Positions 1-13,169 of a stretch of DNA of 62,485 nucleotides are shown here, in pieces (within the stretch, counting starts at the first letter, position 1; the number at the start of each line of letters is the position of its first letter). Source of the stretch: a virus (taxonomy: Duplodnaviria > Caudoviricetes); IMG/VR virus record IMGVR_UViG_3300047157_000104, positions 1-62,485 of that record, one strand, 5' to 3'. A program made the translations under genes and the position numbers. A model generated the notes under the pieces. That model did not search any database. It saw only the letters and a program-made list of their open reading frames with translations, and was not told the origin of the DNA.

Positions 1-3000
1 TATTTCTTTTTTTATTATCTTGCTAACAACTTTTATTATGTCTTGTTCTTCGTTTTTAACATTGACATCCCAGGTTCTCCAGCCAAGCGCTAGAGCTAGT
101 CTTTGGTATGATGTATTTCTGCTATCAAAGGCTTCGTTGATAGATTTAACCTCTGACAGCAGTCTATCTAAAGGTAAGTTAGCCGCTGCTGAAGATATAT
201 TAGCTATTATTTCATAGTTTGGTGAAGGGTTAAATTTTCCATCTATAGTTAAACCATAACCCATTTCGTCTATAGCAGCTTGATTAAACTTCTTAGTTTG
301 TATTGCTGAATAAACTTTTCTAAGTTTAGATCCTATTGGTGGAGATATATTAGCTAGTTCAAGCATAGTATAGGTTTGATCACCTCCTCCATATCTTTCT
401 TGTGCTTTTTTATCCTCTTTTTGATAACGCATAATAGCGTTTTTCAATGTAGATACAACTGCACCTGCAAGACCACTGCCTCTTAATATTGTATCAACCA
501 TGCTATTAGCGGTTCTTATTGCTTTATCTTCAAGCTTAGCATCATCTTCTTCTTCGTCATCAAAACCAGGTATCAATGCAAACAATGCTGACTGTAAAGA
601 AGAGAATATTAAGTTCTGTACAAAGCCATAGTAAGCTATTTTACTTAAGTTCTCTACGTCGCTACCTCTTCTGTTTATTATATCTTTACCAGCTTTTTTC
701 ATTAACCTTGTGTACTGCATAGGTGTGTTTTGGAAAGCTAATATTAAACGACCTAAGTGACTAGACTGTTGTTGAGATATAAGCATTGGATCACCAGACT
801 GCTGCGTCTCGTCTGATATTCTACCGAAGTCTTCAAATGCTTTTGCTTCAGCTTCTTTCTTTGAAAGACCCTGCTTTTCGTATTTCTTAGTTCTGTTTAT
901 TAAGAATGTAGCACCACCAGTCGCAATAGCAAAACTATCCGCTATTTGTGTTGGTGTAAAACCTATTTTAAGTAAGTACGAAACTACTGCAGACGCCTTG
1001 TCTTTAGAGTTTCTAGCTTGGTTAGCGATCTCAGACTCTTGTATATCTGATTTTAAACCACCACGTCTTTCTTTTAACTTATCAGAGTTAAATATCTCAG
1101 TCCATTTTTTCCAATATAAAGGCTGATTAGCAAACGCAGCAGCTGCCTTAGCAGGGTTATTGTCACTCCAATTTATAAAGTTAGTGAATGATAACATCTG
1201 AAGCAACGCTGATCTTCTATTAAAGAACATTATTGTGCCTACAGAATTGTTAACCCAGTTTAACCATTTTTGTTCTATCTTACCAGCTGATCTTGGCGTG
1301 TTGCTACCAGACTTCATTCTACGTATTGAATCTTGTAAAGCGTCTACATAATTAGTGCCGTATATTGCCTCTAACTTGTTTAATGTTGTTTCGTTGAACA
1401 TTTCATCAACGTTCTCAATGAACTCAGCTAGATACTCTTTTCTGTTAACGTTATCTGTTATGTCATTAAGATCTTTTAGTATACTACCAACATCCCCAAT
1501 GCTCTTTTGGATTAACCCAATTATCTTTTTTAGATTACAGCCATTAAACCTTCTGCAAAACCTACTAGGTCTGGATCTTTAGCGACTAGCTTGCTTTAGT
1601 TTGTTTTGATCTCTCTTGGATATGTTGGGTATATCAAAACCTTGCTGATCCCATAAATAAACTCTTACAGCTTGGTCAGTGGTAAAGTCTGTGTCACCTA
1701 TTTTTTTAGGTAATTGTTTTTTAAGACCAAACATATCCAGCAAGTTTTTGTAGTCGTTTTTCAATGCTTGAGTAGCACCTTCCATGGCGGCAATACCTCT
1801 AGTGTAAGGTAGTATTAAGTTTTGGTCGAACAGTCTTTGATCAGCCTCACCTTGCTTACCTTTTCCTTGCTAACGTGTAAGATGTTAAACCTTTAAAGTC
1901 TTCAGCCGAGTATGGAACAAAGAACTTAAACTTACCTTTCTTAGCACCTTTCTTTCTAGCTAATACTTTAGAGTAAGTAGTTTCAGCTCTAACACCTTTG
2001 TTGCGCTCAATCATTTTGTTTAGATCAGAAGACATGCTACGCTTACGATTAGCTATAGCTTGTTGAACTTTACTATTAACATCGAAAGTCTCTAAAACAT
2101 CTTTAACCGCTTGAACATTTTTAATTGCATCATCAACAAAGTAAAAGTCGTTAAAACCTTCAGCAACTTTACCAACCATCCAATCAGCTTTCGCTTGCGC
2201 AGTGCTGTTTGCTAGCCCCTGTAATATTAGGCGCGCGGAATATCTATACCCAAACCTTTCATAAACGCGTGTATAGCACTTTCCGAAGCGACTGGTCTAG
2301 CGGTTAGAATAAATATATTGTTATTACCAAATTTATCTATTGCTTTTTGTATTCTTGGAATTAGTGGTCCGGGCTGACCTTTAACCACTTTGTTAAATTC
2401 ACTAAAATCAAACTCAGCTCCTTCAGCTAATAATGTTTCACCTTGTTTAGCGAACTGCGCTGCATTTATTTTAAATGTTTTATCATCTTTTTTGACTATG
2501 ATCTGGCTCTTACTAAACGCTAACGTGTCGTCAAAGTCATATACGCTTATGCCCTTTGGATTTTCAGAGTAAGATCTTTTGCGTGCGTTATTTAAAGCTT
2601 TCTGTTGAATCTTATTTTTATTAGCTTTTGCTATTGCTCCTACTTGCAAATTAGAATTAAACTTAACCCAGCCTTCACCAAATATTTCGCCAACATTTTC
2701 ACCGCCAAGTTTTTCTAAAGCAAATATGTTTTTTCCACCTAGTGTTCCTTTGTTATAATACCTGTAAGTTTGGTGGAGCTGACCTAATATGTAATTTATA
2801 GGCATAGTAGACTTAAACTGAACATTTATATTCTTGTCCATAATCTTAGGTACGATGCCTACGGTGTAAGATTCCTTTAATGCATCTAAGTCTACTTTTT
2901 TGTTCCAAAAATGATTAGTAAGTTCAATCATCATATGGTTAGTTGGCACCATATGCTCGTAGACTAGCTCTCCTTTGTAATCTCCTACAAAATAATACTC

Positions 3001-6000
3001 TACATTAGCTGCAGCTTTTAGCATGGTTTTCATATTGCTATCTAAGCTTTTCATAGTAGAGACCCAAAGCAGAGGATCATTTTTGCTTTTAATAAAAGTC
3101 AAGTAATCTATCATGAAATCAAAAGCTGCGTCTGCTTCTTTTTTTCTATAATCAAAATCTTCTATAAATTCTGCCTTAGTGCCTTTAACAGTTTGACTCG
3201 GCTGTTTAACTTTTTCATTAAAACTTTCAATAGCTTTTCCATTATATTTAACGCTTGTTATTTTTAATTTACCACCCTCCGGTATTGTATATGTTATTTC
3301 TATATTAGAGTGTGTGTTGAAAACGTTGTCTATAAGATCCTTTAGACCAGAAAAATATTGCGCTCTTTTTCCACCAACAACATAAGCGGTTGCGGTGTGA
3401 CCTTTCATAAACTTAAATGCGTTTATAAAACCAGACTCACCTCCTTCATCTATTAATTTATGAGTATACTCTTGCGTTGTAGCTCTATTGGCTTCTTGCA
3501 CACCACGATCATCAGATATATTAACAAATTTTCCATCAAAAACTTCATCGAAAGTTTCAGCGAAGCCGGTTATGTTTGCAATATTTTTTTCTCCAGAAGC
3601 TTTTATTTCCTTCTGGTCTATGTGGTTTTTAATGAATCTTGTTAAATCTAGTTGCGTACCAATAGTTTCCCTACTGTCAACGTACTTTTTTAATGAAGCA
3701 GCGTATTCTTTTGCAATTTCTTTTAATTTAGATTCTTCAATACCTTTGTCTTTATAGCCATTTATTATGATTTTTTTAGCACTAGCTTCTGTGAATTTCA
3801 AACCCATCTCTAGCGCTCTAATCTCTTTCATTATTGGACCAACATTTTTACTGTCCACTAATACACTTCGCTCAGCTGCATTAAGAGATATAGATCTTTT
3901 AACGCTACCTCGCTCTGCTTGCTTGCTGAACTCTTGAATATAGTTGTCGAAAAGCTGAGCTCCTAATCTACTTTGATTATCTTTAAAAGCTTCAACTATT
4001 TCACTATTAGGATTTTTAAACTCTTCATTATACACGTCAAAAGCATACTCTTCAGCTAGCGCTTTAGCTAACGCTTCTTTCCTGCCTCTAATAACCTCAT
4101 CGCCTTTAAACATGTAAGTTAAAAACTGCTCATCAGTAATTTTATTAGCAGCGTTAGGTAATCTTCTAACTAGCTGTGCACCTGAAGTTCTACCTGCTTT
4201 GTCAGTACCAACGCTTTCGCGATCTATTTTCTTACCTTCCCAATCAGAAGTGAACTTACCATCAACAGACTTTTGAATAGCAAAAGGCATACCTTGCATA
4301 AGCCAAGTTGTAGTCATGTTTTCAAGTATAGGTTTCTTAAGCTTTAAGAAGTTGTTTCTAAGTTCACCACCACGTTTAGCTCCTAGCATTTTCTTAAACT
4401 CAATATCCGCTTGCTTACCTATTTCTTTTTTAATCTCAGACATTAAAGGCGTAACAGTCTTGTTTATAGACGTTGCAGCGTCGATGCGAGATTTAAGTGT
4501 TTTAGTTATGAGTAGTATCTTGTCTTGTACTTTCGCAACCATTTCGTTTGGTAACACTCTGCTTTCAACTAAGTTCTTATATTCAACCCTTGGAGCTTCT
4601 GTGGTTGTAGTTTCAGCTGCGGGCTCTGCGACTTGTCTAGCTTCTTCTGTGTCTAAGCTTTCAGCTTGTCTTTCAGATTCTATAGCTAATCTTTTCTTAG
4701 CATCTAGCTTACTAAATCTAGCGTTAGCAAACAAAAACTCACCAAAAGTTATAGGATCTCCACTAGCAGTTTTTCTAATAGCTGCTGGATCAAAGTTAAT
4801 TAATCTATCAACAACTCCTTCTAGCGTTATTTCTGCTTCCTCTTTAGACAGTGCTCTAGAGTTAACGTAGTTGTATATAGCTCCGCCTGGTTGAGTTGCG
4901 TTAAATATAGGGTTAAATACTTCTCTACTTTGAAACTCTTCTTTAGTACTAACATTTTTAGGCACTAAGTTGTTTATGTTTTCTAGCAGACTTAAAGATC
5001 TTTTTTCACTTTTATCCTTTTTAAAATCTTTTAAACCTCTTCTTGCTTTCGCAGTTAACTTACCTTTACTTATAGCTTTTTCGTAATCTAATACAAAATC
5101 AAATACTTCTTGGCCAGAGTTAAATTTAAGTTTATCTGCATTAACACCTAGTTTTACAGCTAGTGTTTCAAGAATTTCTTTACCTATCTGAAGCCAAGTT
5201 TTTTCACCAAGTTCGTCGAACTTTATTTCTCCTTCTGATACCAAAGAGAAAAATTGCGTTATCCATTCGTCTGAATCAACGTTATCTATATCTAAGCCTC
5301 CAAATTCTTTTATTTTAACTTGTATTTCAGCCTCTGAAAGTCCTTCATCTTGCCCTTCTCTTCTTATTTCATCAGCTTTATCCCGGTAAACTTTCATCCT
5401 ATCGTCGACTTTGCTAAAAACTCCTTTATTTTTAAGCACTTGTTTAAAGTCGTCGACAACTTTTTTAACGCGTGGGTCTAGTTCTCCGTCTTTACTAGTG
5501 AACTCTTGAGATATTATTTGGTGTAAAAGCTCGTGCGAAGGTGCAGATATGTCAAAATTAGCAACTGCTGCGCTTAAGTTTACGTATATTTTACCTTCTT
5601 TAGATTTAAATAAAGCGTTGCCTATGTCTTCTTTAGTTACGTTATTATTTTTAAAATCTTGATCGTTTCTTAGTACAATTGTTTCACCTATGCCTAGCTT
5701 TTTTTGTATTTTACCTACTGTACTAGCATCTTTTTCAATACGTTCGACAGCTACTTCTTCCCTAGCTCTTTCTACTATATCTTTAAGTTCTAAGTTTATT
5801 TTTGCTATCTTATCTAAATCATGACCACTCTCGTGTAACTCTTCTTTCTTTTTTAATTCTTGCTGAAGTTCTGAGTATTTTTGAGACCACTCGATCATTA
5901 GATCTGGAGTTAAACCCATAAACGAAGGTGCTTTTTTCAAGCCTAGCCCTACAGCTGTAGCTTGTTCCATAATATCATCTGCAACTTCTTGAGATATTGT

Positions 6001-8295
6001 TCCTTTGCTAACGGCAACAGCTAGCATTCTTTTAGACTTTTCTGGATTTAACGAAACTTCATATAAATTTCTAAGTCTAGCATGAGGATCTGATTTAAAT
6101 CCAGGTATTCTAAGACCACCACTAGTTAAAGATCCTATAGAAAAAGAAAGCACACTTGTTCCAATGAAGTCATCAACAGAATAATCTGCTTTTAGAAGCT
6201 CCATACCTGCTTCATTATTTATGCTTCTATTGATAACAAAGTTTTCTGCTCTTTGTTGTATATCTTCTTGACCAAACTCTTTAAATCCTTCGTTAAAAAC
6301 TCTTATTGCAGATCTTTTGGTAGGTATTAGTTTTTTTATAGAGTTACCTAAAGATTCATTAAAAACTTTTTTTGATCCAGTTTTTACATAACTTTTTAAA
6401 GCATCATTAATAACACTTTTTCCTAACAACCAATCGTCTAGTTTGTTAATCATAGGAAGTTTAGGATTTATTGGGCCAGTAAGCGTATATAATACACCTA
6501 GCTGAAGCGACGCGCTATTAGCTAGCTTTTCAGCTTCCGAATCAGTTAGACCTGCTCTTTTAGCCTCTAAAAGTGTGCTATTATAACCTTTAAATGCTCC
6601 CTGAATACCTTGAGCAAACGCAGCATCTATGTATCTAGCGTCCATAGGTAGCTTTACTCCAAATGTCCCCGCGTTTTTAACTTTAGGCATATAAGCTAAT
6701 TTTTGAAAGTTTTTAAATTGAGCTACGTTTTTAAACCCATTAGCCTTAGCCAAAGCTTTTGTAGATGCGGCAAGCCTTGCGCCAGTAACACCTTTTGTTC
6801 CTAGTATTTGAAAAGCTACATCACCTAACACGGCGCCTGCAAAGTTAGAAAAACCTCTCAAACTAAAGTCAAAATCATCTACGCCTTCTTTATCTATTTT
6901 ATCTAATATTTTTTGCTTTTCTTCGTCGCTTATAGATTCGCCTATAGTTAAACCAGTAGTAGTATTGTAAAGTGTTCCATTGTCATCTTTCAAATAATTT
7001 ACACCATTATAGTCTACAGATTTGCCGCTAACATTCATGTATTGTAGTTTATTCTTAGCATCTTTATATTGCTCCGCCATCTGTATTAGACGTTTTTGCT
7101 CGTTTACTTTTGTACTTATAGGCGTTGGAAAAATGTCATTCAACCACATTGTAAGCTCTTTTGCGCCAGATACAAACATTGCTCCACCTTCATATGCAGT
7201 TTCGCCTAAGCCTCTAATAGCTCCTTCAGCATTACTCTGCTTGCTTCTTTTGTCCATTAATAAAGCTTGGTCTTTATCAAGTTGACTTGCTGCCTTGCTA
7301 AGATTAGGTAAAGCTTTTGTTTGATATTCAGTGTAAGCATCTAAGTTAAAAGTCGTAAATTTTCCACCTTTTTCTTTTATAAAACTACTATATGCTTCAT
7401 CAAAAGTTTCAAAGTCTTTATATTTATTTTTGTTATAATTGTATTCTTCTATAAAAGCTTTTTTGTTAGCTTTTTCATCTATGTCATTTAAATATATATC
7501 TAAATACGTAGACAAAAGCATTTCTTTACTTAATAGTAAGTTTTCTCTTTTTCCTTGCTCTACAGACTTTTCATCAAAAGTACCTCTATTTATTTTTTTA
7601 CTAAAATCTTCTGTTAGTCCTTTTTTGTTTAATAACCCTTGAAAATCGTCTATATTGACATTCATTTTCTCAAGCAGTTCTGCATCATAATGTGTGTCTA
7701 CAAAAGATGTATTTTTTTGAGGATTATAATATATATTTGTTTTATCTAAATCTATATTTAAATCGTTTAGCTCGTATTGTTTTTCAATTTGAAAATCTAA
7801 ATCTAGCTCGTCGTAGGTTTCTATTCTACCAGATTCAACCCACTTTTGGTAGTCTTTCCAAGTTTCATCATTATCAAATTTATCTTTACTAGCTTCGCCA
7901 ATAACATAGCCATCTTGAGTAGGTATTACATTTGAATCTCTACTAGCATAAAACTCAGCTTGTCTAAACTCATTTATTCTCTTATCTCTATCTTCTTCAT
8001 AAATTTCTTCAAACTCTTCCAACTCTATAGACTTAGGTTTTGTAGTTCTTATTTCAGCGACTCTAACGTCTTCTCTTATTTTAGCCATGTCTACGTCGGA
8101 CTTTAGCTTTATTTCTTCAACATCTGATCCGAACTGCATGTCAGAAGGTTTTGCAGCAGTAGGATTTTCTCTTGCAACTATTTTAAGATCTTCTTCTTTA
8201 ACTAGCTTTGCATTAGGATATCTTTCAAAAAAAACAATTTGGTCTTCTAAACTTAGAGAGTCTACATTAACTATTCCGTCTTCTGTTTCAAACAT
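1..8295 (-). CDS. Giant virion ejection/polyvalent protein with zincin and HAD phosphatase motifs; frameshifted and open at the left window edge
   Basis: 2022-aa ORF 2227..8295 contains HELLH and VYDFDDTL/ILTARP. HAD motif IV (FVDDA) is in the next fragment 1856..2179. Reading continues via 1579..1785 and an open frame from about 1500 to 1 (WVNNSVGTIMFFN...LAFQNTPMQY). Confidence 0.75.
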
Positions 8296-8297
8296 AT

Positions 8298-9620
8298 TTA
8301 TTGATTTATGTATATTTCGTATGTCTTTGTTGAGGATAAATTAGGGTTTTCTTTTCTAATTTGAGCCATAGTCTTTTTTACTTTTTTGACTCCACTCATT
8401 TCTTCGGTAGCTTCATCTAAAGTCATTGCATTACCAACATCAATTATTGTTTTTGGATCAAGTCCTTCATATTGTTTGCCTTCAGGTACGATCATAGTGG
8501 CTTCATCCATAGATAGTTTATTTCCACCTTGTTCAATTATTCTTCCTGTAGTTCTATCTATATAACTTATCTCTCCCGTCTTAATGTTTTCTCTTCTTAG
8601 CACTGTACCATCTTTCTTTTCACTTACTAAGAAATCGCCTCTAAATTCTCCTCTGTAATAACCACTTCCTACGTCTCCTGTTGGCGGCTGTATTCTTGAG
8701 GCAGCAACTTGCTTTGCTTTGTAACCAGTGTTACTATTTCTAACGACAACGTCCATGTAGTTATCTACAACTACATCTCTAAGTGCTTCAAAATTAATCG
8801 CACCACTTTCATATGCCTTAACGTTTTCAGCTATATAAGGATCGCTAATCATCTTAGTTTTTCCTACTAAACCATCGTGTATTAAAGACATTAAAGAAGC
8901 TTTACCACCTTGATCAATAGCACTTGTAATATCATTCTTGTATTTAGTATACATTATACCTCCTTTAAGCATTTTTTTGCCAGAGGTGTATGCTTTAACA
9001 CTCATATTTGTTATAGCTTCTGATAGCTTGTATTCTTTAGTGTTATAACTTGGTATATCTTCATACTTTAACACTTTGTCGTCACCTATGAAACTTATTC
9101 TGCCAAACTCATCTATAGATATTGGATATTCTTCGCTAAAAATATTTGAAAGAAGATTTACATTCGCTTGATTCTCTCCGTACAAAGAAGTTGTCTTTTT
9201 TTTGATGTTATTCATCAACTCAACTTTTTTCTCTGAGTAGTTTGCAAGCTGACTGTTAAGGTTCTTAAATGAGTTAGATATGTTATTCATTTGACCTTGT
9301 AAGTCTATATATCTATTACTACCTACTTCATATTGGCTTAATTCTCTAGATAGTTTAACATAGTTTTGTTTCTGACCCATTAAAAACTTCTGCACATCAT
9401 TCCTGTAAGCGTCTGGTACTTTAGTTAAATCGGCACCTTGAGGAAGTTTGTTTAAATAATTTTCAATTTTAGATTCGTAATTATTTTTAACAGCTCCAAC
9501 AGGATTGTTAGTAGAAATAGTTCCACCTCTAGTAGCCATCATTAGCCTTCATTAAAAGCAGCTCCTACGTCTAAAAATTTATTGTATACTTCTGATATCT
9601 TATACTATTAATTTGTCTCA
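8298..9620 (-). CDS. Putative internal virion/ejection protein (5' end probably frameshifted; ORF track gives 8298..9542)
   Basis: 414-aa ORF directly upstream of the giant protein; ATG at 9620 sits just after the previous stop. Confidence 0.5.
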
Positions 9621-9622
9621 TA

Positions 9623-10271
9623 TTACGGTAATTGGTTTTTTTCTTGTGCCTCAGGAACTAACGGGCCTAGTTTAGCAACTCCTCCTGCTAATTGACCTAT
9701 GCCAGACATTATAGCTTTATTTCTTGCTTGAATATTCTGTCTAGACGCTGCAAGTTGGTCTCCAGCTAGACCTAAAAGTCCAACTGTTTTTTGGCGCTCC
9801 ATGTTTCTAGACATAACATCCCCTTGTCTTTCCATTTGCTGCAATTGACCAGCCGCTGATCTTTCTGCCATTTGGTTAGATCTTTCTTGTGACCTATGTC
9901 TACAGATGCTTTTTGAGCATTAGCAGATTGCTGCTGCGCCATGGCTTGCGCTAGAGCGCAATACCGCTACCACCTGCGGCTCCTTTGAATTGGTCCATAG
10001 TGTTAGCCATTCCTTGAGCCTGTTGTTGAGCCGTAAAGTCAGCTGCTTGAGTGTTCACTGTTAGATCTTCATATACGTTCTCCATGTCCGCGTACGGATT
10101 AGATGTATCGAGTTCAGAAAATCTTGCTATGTTTGTATCATAGTTTCTTTTATCCGCAGCTAATTGAGACATGGCGTCTTTTCTACCTATTAGCCCTCCT
10201 GCTATGCTTGCTAGGCCTCCTACTCCTTGGGCTATAGCCATAGGGTTTAATTTTAATGGTGATTCTTTCAT
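9623..10271 (-). CDS. Putative small ejection/pilot protein, split by an apparent frameshift near 9900-9950
   Basis: Fragments 9951..10271 and 9623..9871; Gly/Ala hydrophobic N-terminus (GVGGLASIAGGLIG) and Q/A-rich helices typical of podovirus ejection proteins. Confidence 0.55.
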
Positions 10272-10293
10272 TTTATATCTATATAGTTACACA

Positions 10294-10665
10294 TTATTTA
10301 CTACTTTCAAATATCTCAGACCCCATAGCAAAAAGCTCTGCTTTTTCTGTAGAATTATTTTTTACTTCAACCTCAGCATAGTAGCCAAGTAAGCTCGTCA
10401 TATTTGCTCTATTATCTTTGCTAAAAAACAAAAAGTCATTAGATGCTGGCAGTATCGTATTATCAGCAACGTCGCACGTTATTTGCTTAGTTGCATAATT
10501 TACAGCCGTTATAGCACCTAATCTAACAAAAGTGTCGGCAAAGTCTACCGTAGTTGAGTTAGAGAAAGTGTAAGTGCTGGTGTCAGCGTAGTATGCTACG
10601 TCAGTAGTTCCTTGCTGTATCGCTTGATTTAGTGGGTGAGTTAATGTAAATGTTATACTTGGCAT
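10294..10665 (-). CDS. Virion structural protein (tail region)
   Basis: 123 aa, beta-rich, ends in FSKDNRANMTSLLGYYAEV...ELFAMGSEIFESSK; in tail module. Confidence 0.55.
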   Translation of the reverse strand: MPSITFTLTHPLNQAIQQGTTDVAYYADTSTYTFSNSTTVDFADTFVRLGAITAVNYATKQITCDVADNTILPASNDFLFFSKDNRANMTSLLGYYAEVEVKNNSTEKAELFAMGSEIFESSK

Positions 10666-10674
10666 GTCTTTTTG

Positions 10675-13168
10675 TTAGTATGATGCTAGTCCTGATCCGC
10701 CAGCTGTTAAAGTGTAGTCGTCTTCCATGTCTTTTATAGACTTATATTGGTTGCTTAGCCTATGCACTACATTTAAATCTATATAGTAGCTTGTAGAAGC
10801 ACTTAGCGAGCTCAATGCTCCTGCACCAAAATCTAATATTACAGAAAATATTTTAGGATCTCCGGCGCCTACAGCTAGCTCTCTATTAATGGCTGTGCCA
10901 TTACTAAGCGCGACTGCTACCGGTGAGTTTTCAACAGACAATGTTGCACCTGCAAGTTCCGTGCTGCAATCTCCTTTTTGAAACAGCAACGAGTAGTTTC
11001 CAGTAGAAAAATTTAAAGGAAGCCCGTCTTGCGCGTCTAAAACTGCACCTGTTATAGTAAATTTAACAGCTCTAGTGGCCGTTGTTATATTACCAAACAC
11101 TATACGAAGTTGCATCATTAGATACTTGCTTAGATATAGAGAACGAGCTGCTATTTGTATATCCTGCTATGGTTAAAAGATCGTTTACAAACTTTTGTAC
11201 ATTTTGAGATATGTTTAAAGATATTTGTAAAGTTGTTACAGAGGCTTGTGCTGCATTAAATGCAAAAGTATTTAAATTGTGAGTAACGCTCATAGCACTT
11301 GTACCCCATTTTAGTACGCTTAAACTTCTTCCGCTTAAGTATAAAAACTCCCTGTTTACAGTTGGAGAAGATATAGAGGTAGTATTCTGTTGCTCGCTTC
11401 CTCCTGCAACATCACCATCGCTATCTATAAGTATAGTTTGACTTTTGTATACAGGTGTGGCGTCAGTTGTAAAAAACTTTATTTTAAAATGGCCATCATC
11501 TCCTGCCACAGTATAAGCGTCACTAAAACTAAAAGCATTAAAGCTAGACTTACTAGTTAAGGCTTGCCTTTGAGCTAGTGTTAATACTATTGGTGATACC
11601 ACATCGTTACCGTTTGCTGCTGTATGGTTTGGAGATTCAGCTGCGTTTATTTCTGCCGCATTAAAACCATTAGCATTTGCTCTTAGTTCTGCCAATATTG
11701 TAGGTTCTTCTATTATACCATCGTTAAGCGTAGTAGTATAATTCAAATCGCTTAACAAATAAGAGTTTGATTGATTTGGCAAATGGAAATCTACAGACTG
11801 ATCTCTTATAACTAAGTCGTAATCATAAGTGTTTAAAGGCTCATTTGGTTGAGTTTCTTTTTTACCTGTAGGCTTTGTAACTCCTATAGATTGACCTAAG
11901 TGGTTGAAATATTCTATTGTGCTAGTAACTGTTCTTGAAAATGCATTGTTTGGAACAGTATGATTAGATGCAGCTTCTATAGTCACAAAGTCTCTTCTTG
12001 TTATATCAAAAGTTATAACATCTGGGTTAGTACTGGTATCTATGTCTGGAGCATTTAAATCTACTGTTGTTCCAGTTTCTGGTGTAATTGTAAACCTATA
12101 CACTTTGCTTTCGGCGTCCGCAGGTATTACTATATTTTTAAAAAACACTCCTGAAGCATCAACTGTCACTGGATTCGTTTCTGGATCGTAACTTCCGTCG
12201 CTTACTATTTTAGATGGATAAGTTGTAGTAGATGTTGCCGCTTCGAATATACCAGCTATAGTAGTCTTAGAGTTGTCAAACACATATACACCATCATTAG
12301 TATCAGTGGTAAATGTTGAGCCTGATATAGTGCCTCTTTGCATTTTTATTCTAAACTTAGCGCCTGCGTCAGCAAATATTCGTAAATCCCTATTTATTAT
12401 AAATAAATTGGCTGGCCTAGTGTCCATTATATAGCCATATATTTTATTTTCAATTCCTGGTATATCTTCACCTACAGCTGCAAACGTTATAACGTCTCCA
12501 GTTCTATCTACTTTAGGAACAGTTAGCTTTACAGTATAAACTACTTGCGTTAGCCTGCTTGATGAGTCTCTTGTTTCTACTCTTTCTACGTTATAGTCTT
12601 GGCTAGCCGTCGCTTCACTAGAGTTAGTTATAGCTATCGTAGGGCTTATATCTATGAAATCACCAGAAGTAGCAGCTATAGTCATTACCATAATAGTAAC
12701 TATGTCACCTGGATTATCATACGCATAAAAGTCAGTTGATGATCCAGACGATGCAAAATCTAAAACACTTGACGGAGTAAAAGTAACTTTACTAGGAGAG
12801 CCTGGTACTACAAAAGTTCCTTGAATTTTAATAGGTACTAAATGTTTTTCAGTAGCAGCTCCGCTAGGATTTATATCGAAAGTTATGCTTTCGCTGAATG
12901 CATGACTATTGACAAAATCTACAGTAACTTTTACTTTATTACCTACTGTGTAGCTACCATCGTTTTGTGGACCTCCAGAAGTAGCAGTATCAGATAAAGT
13001 TATACTTTGTATTTTAGCCGCATCAGGGTTAGCTCCTGCAGAAAAGTCTCTAGCAGCAATTACAAAACCTGCATCAGGAATTATTTCTAAGTCTATGCTA
13101 GTTGCATTACTTGATCCAGACGTCAATACAGCCGTCTTTTTTTCCATGCTACAATTTATCAATGCCAT
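10675..13168 (-). CDS. Ser/Thr-rich beta-structured tail/spike protein; 11090..13168 and 10675..11118 are probably one gene
   Basis: Overlapping ORFs of similar composition with a single frame change near 11095. Confidence 0.55.
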
Positions 13169-13169
13169 A

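Noticed and set aside
2500-2560. DFDDT in the giant protein as a virion RNA polymerase DFDxD motif
   Set aside because: The context (hydrophobic strand-DxDxT, then LTAR and FVDD) fits a HAD phosphatase; no other RNAP motifs were recognised
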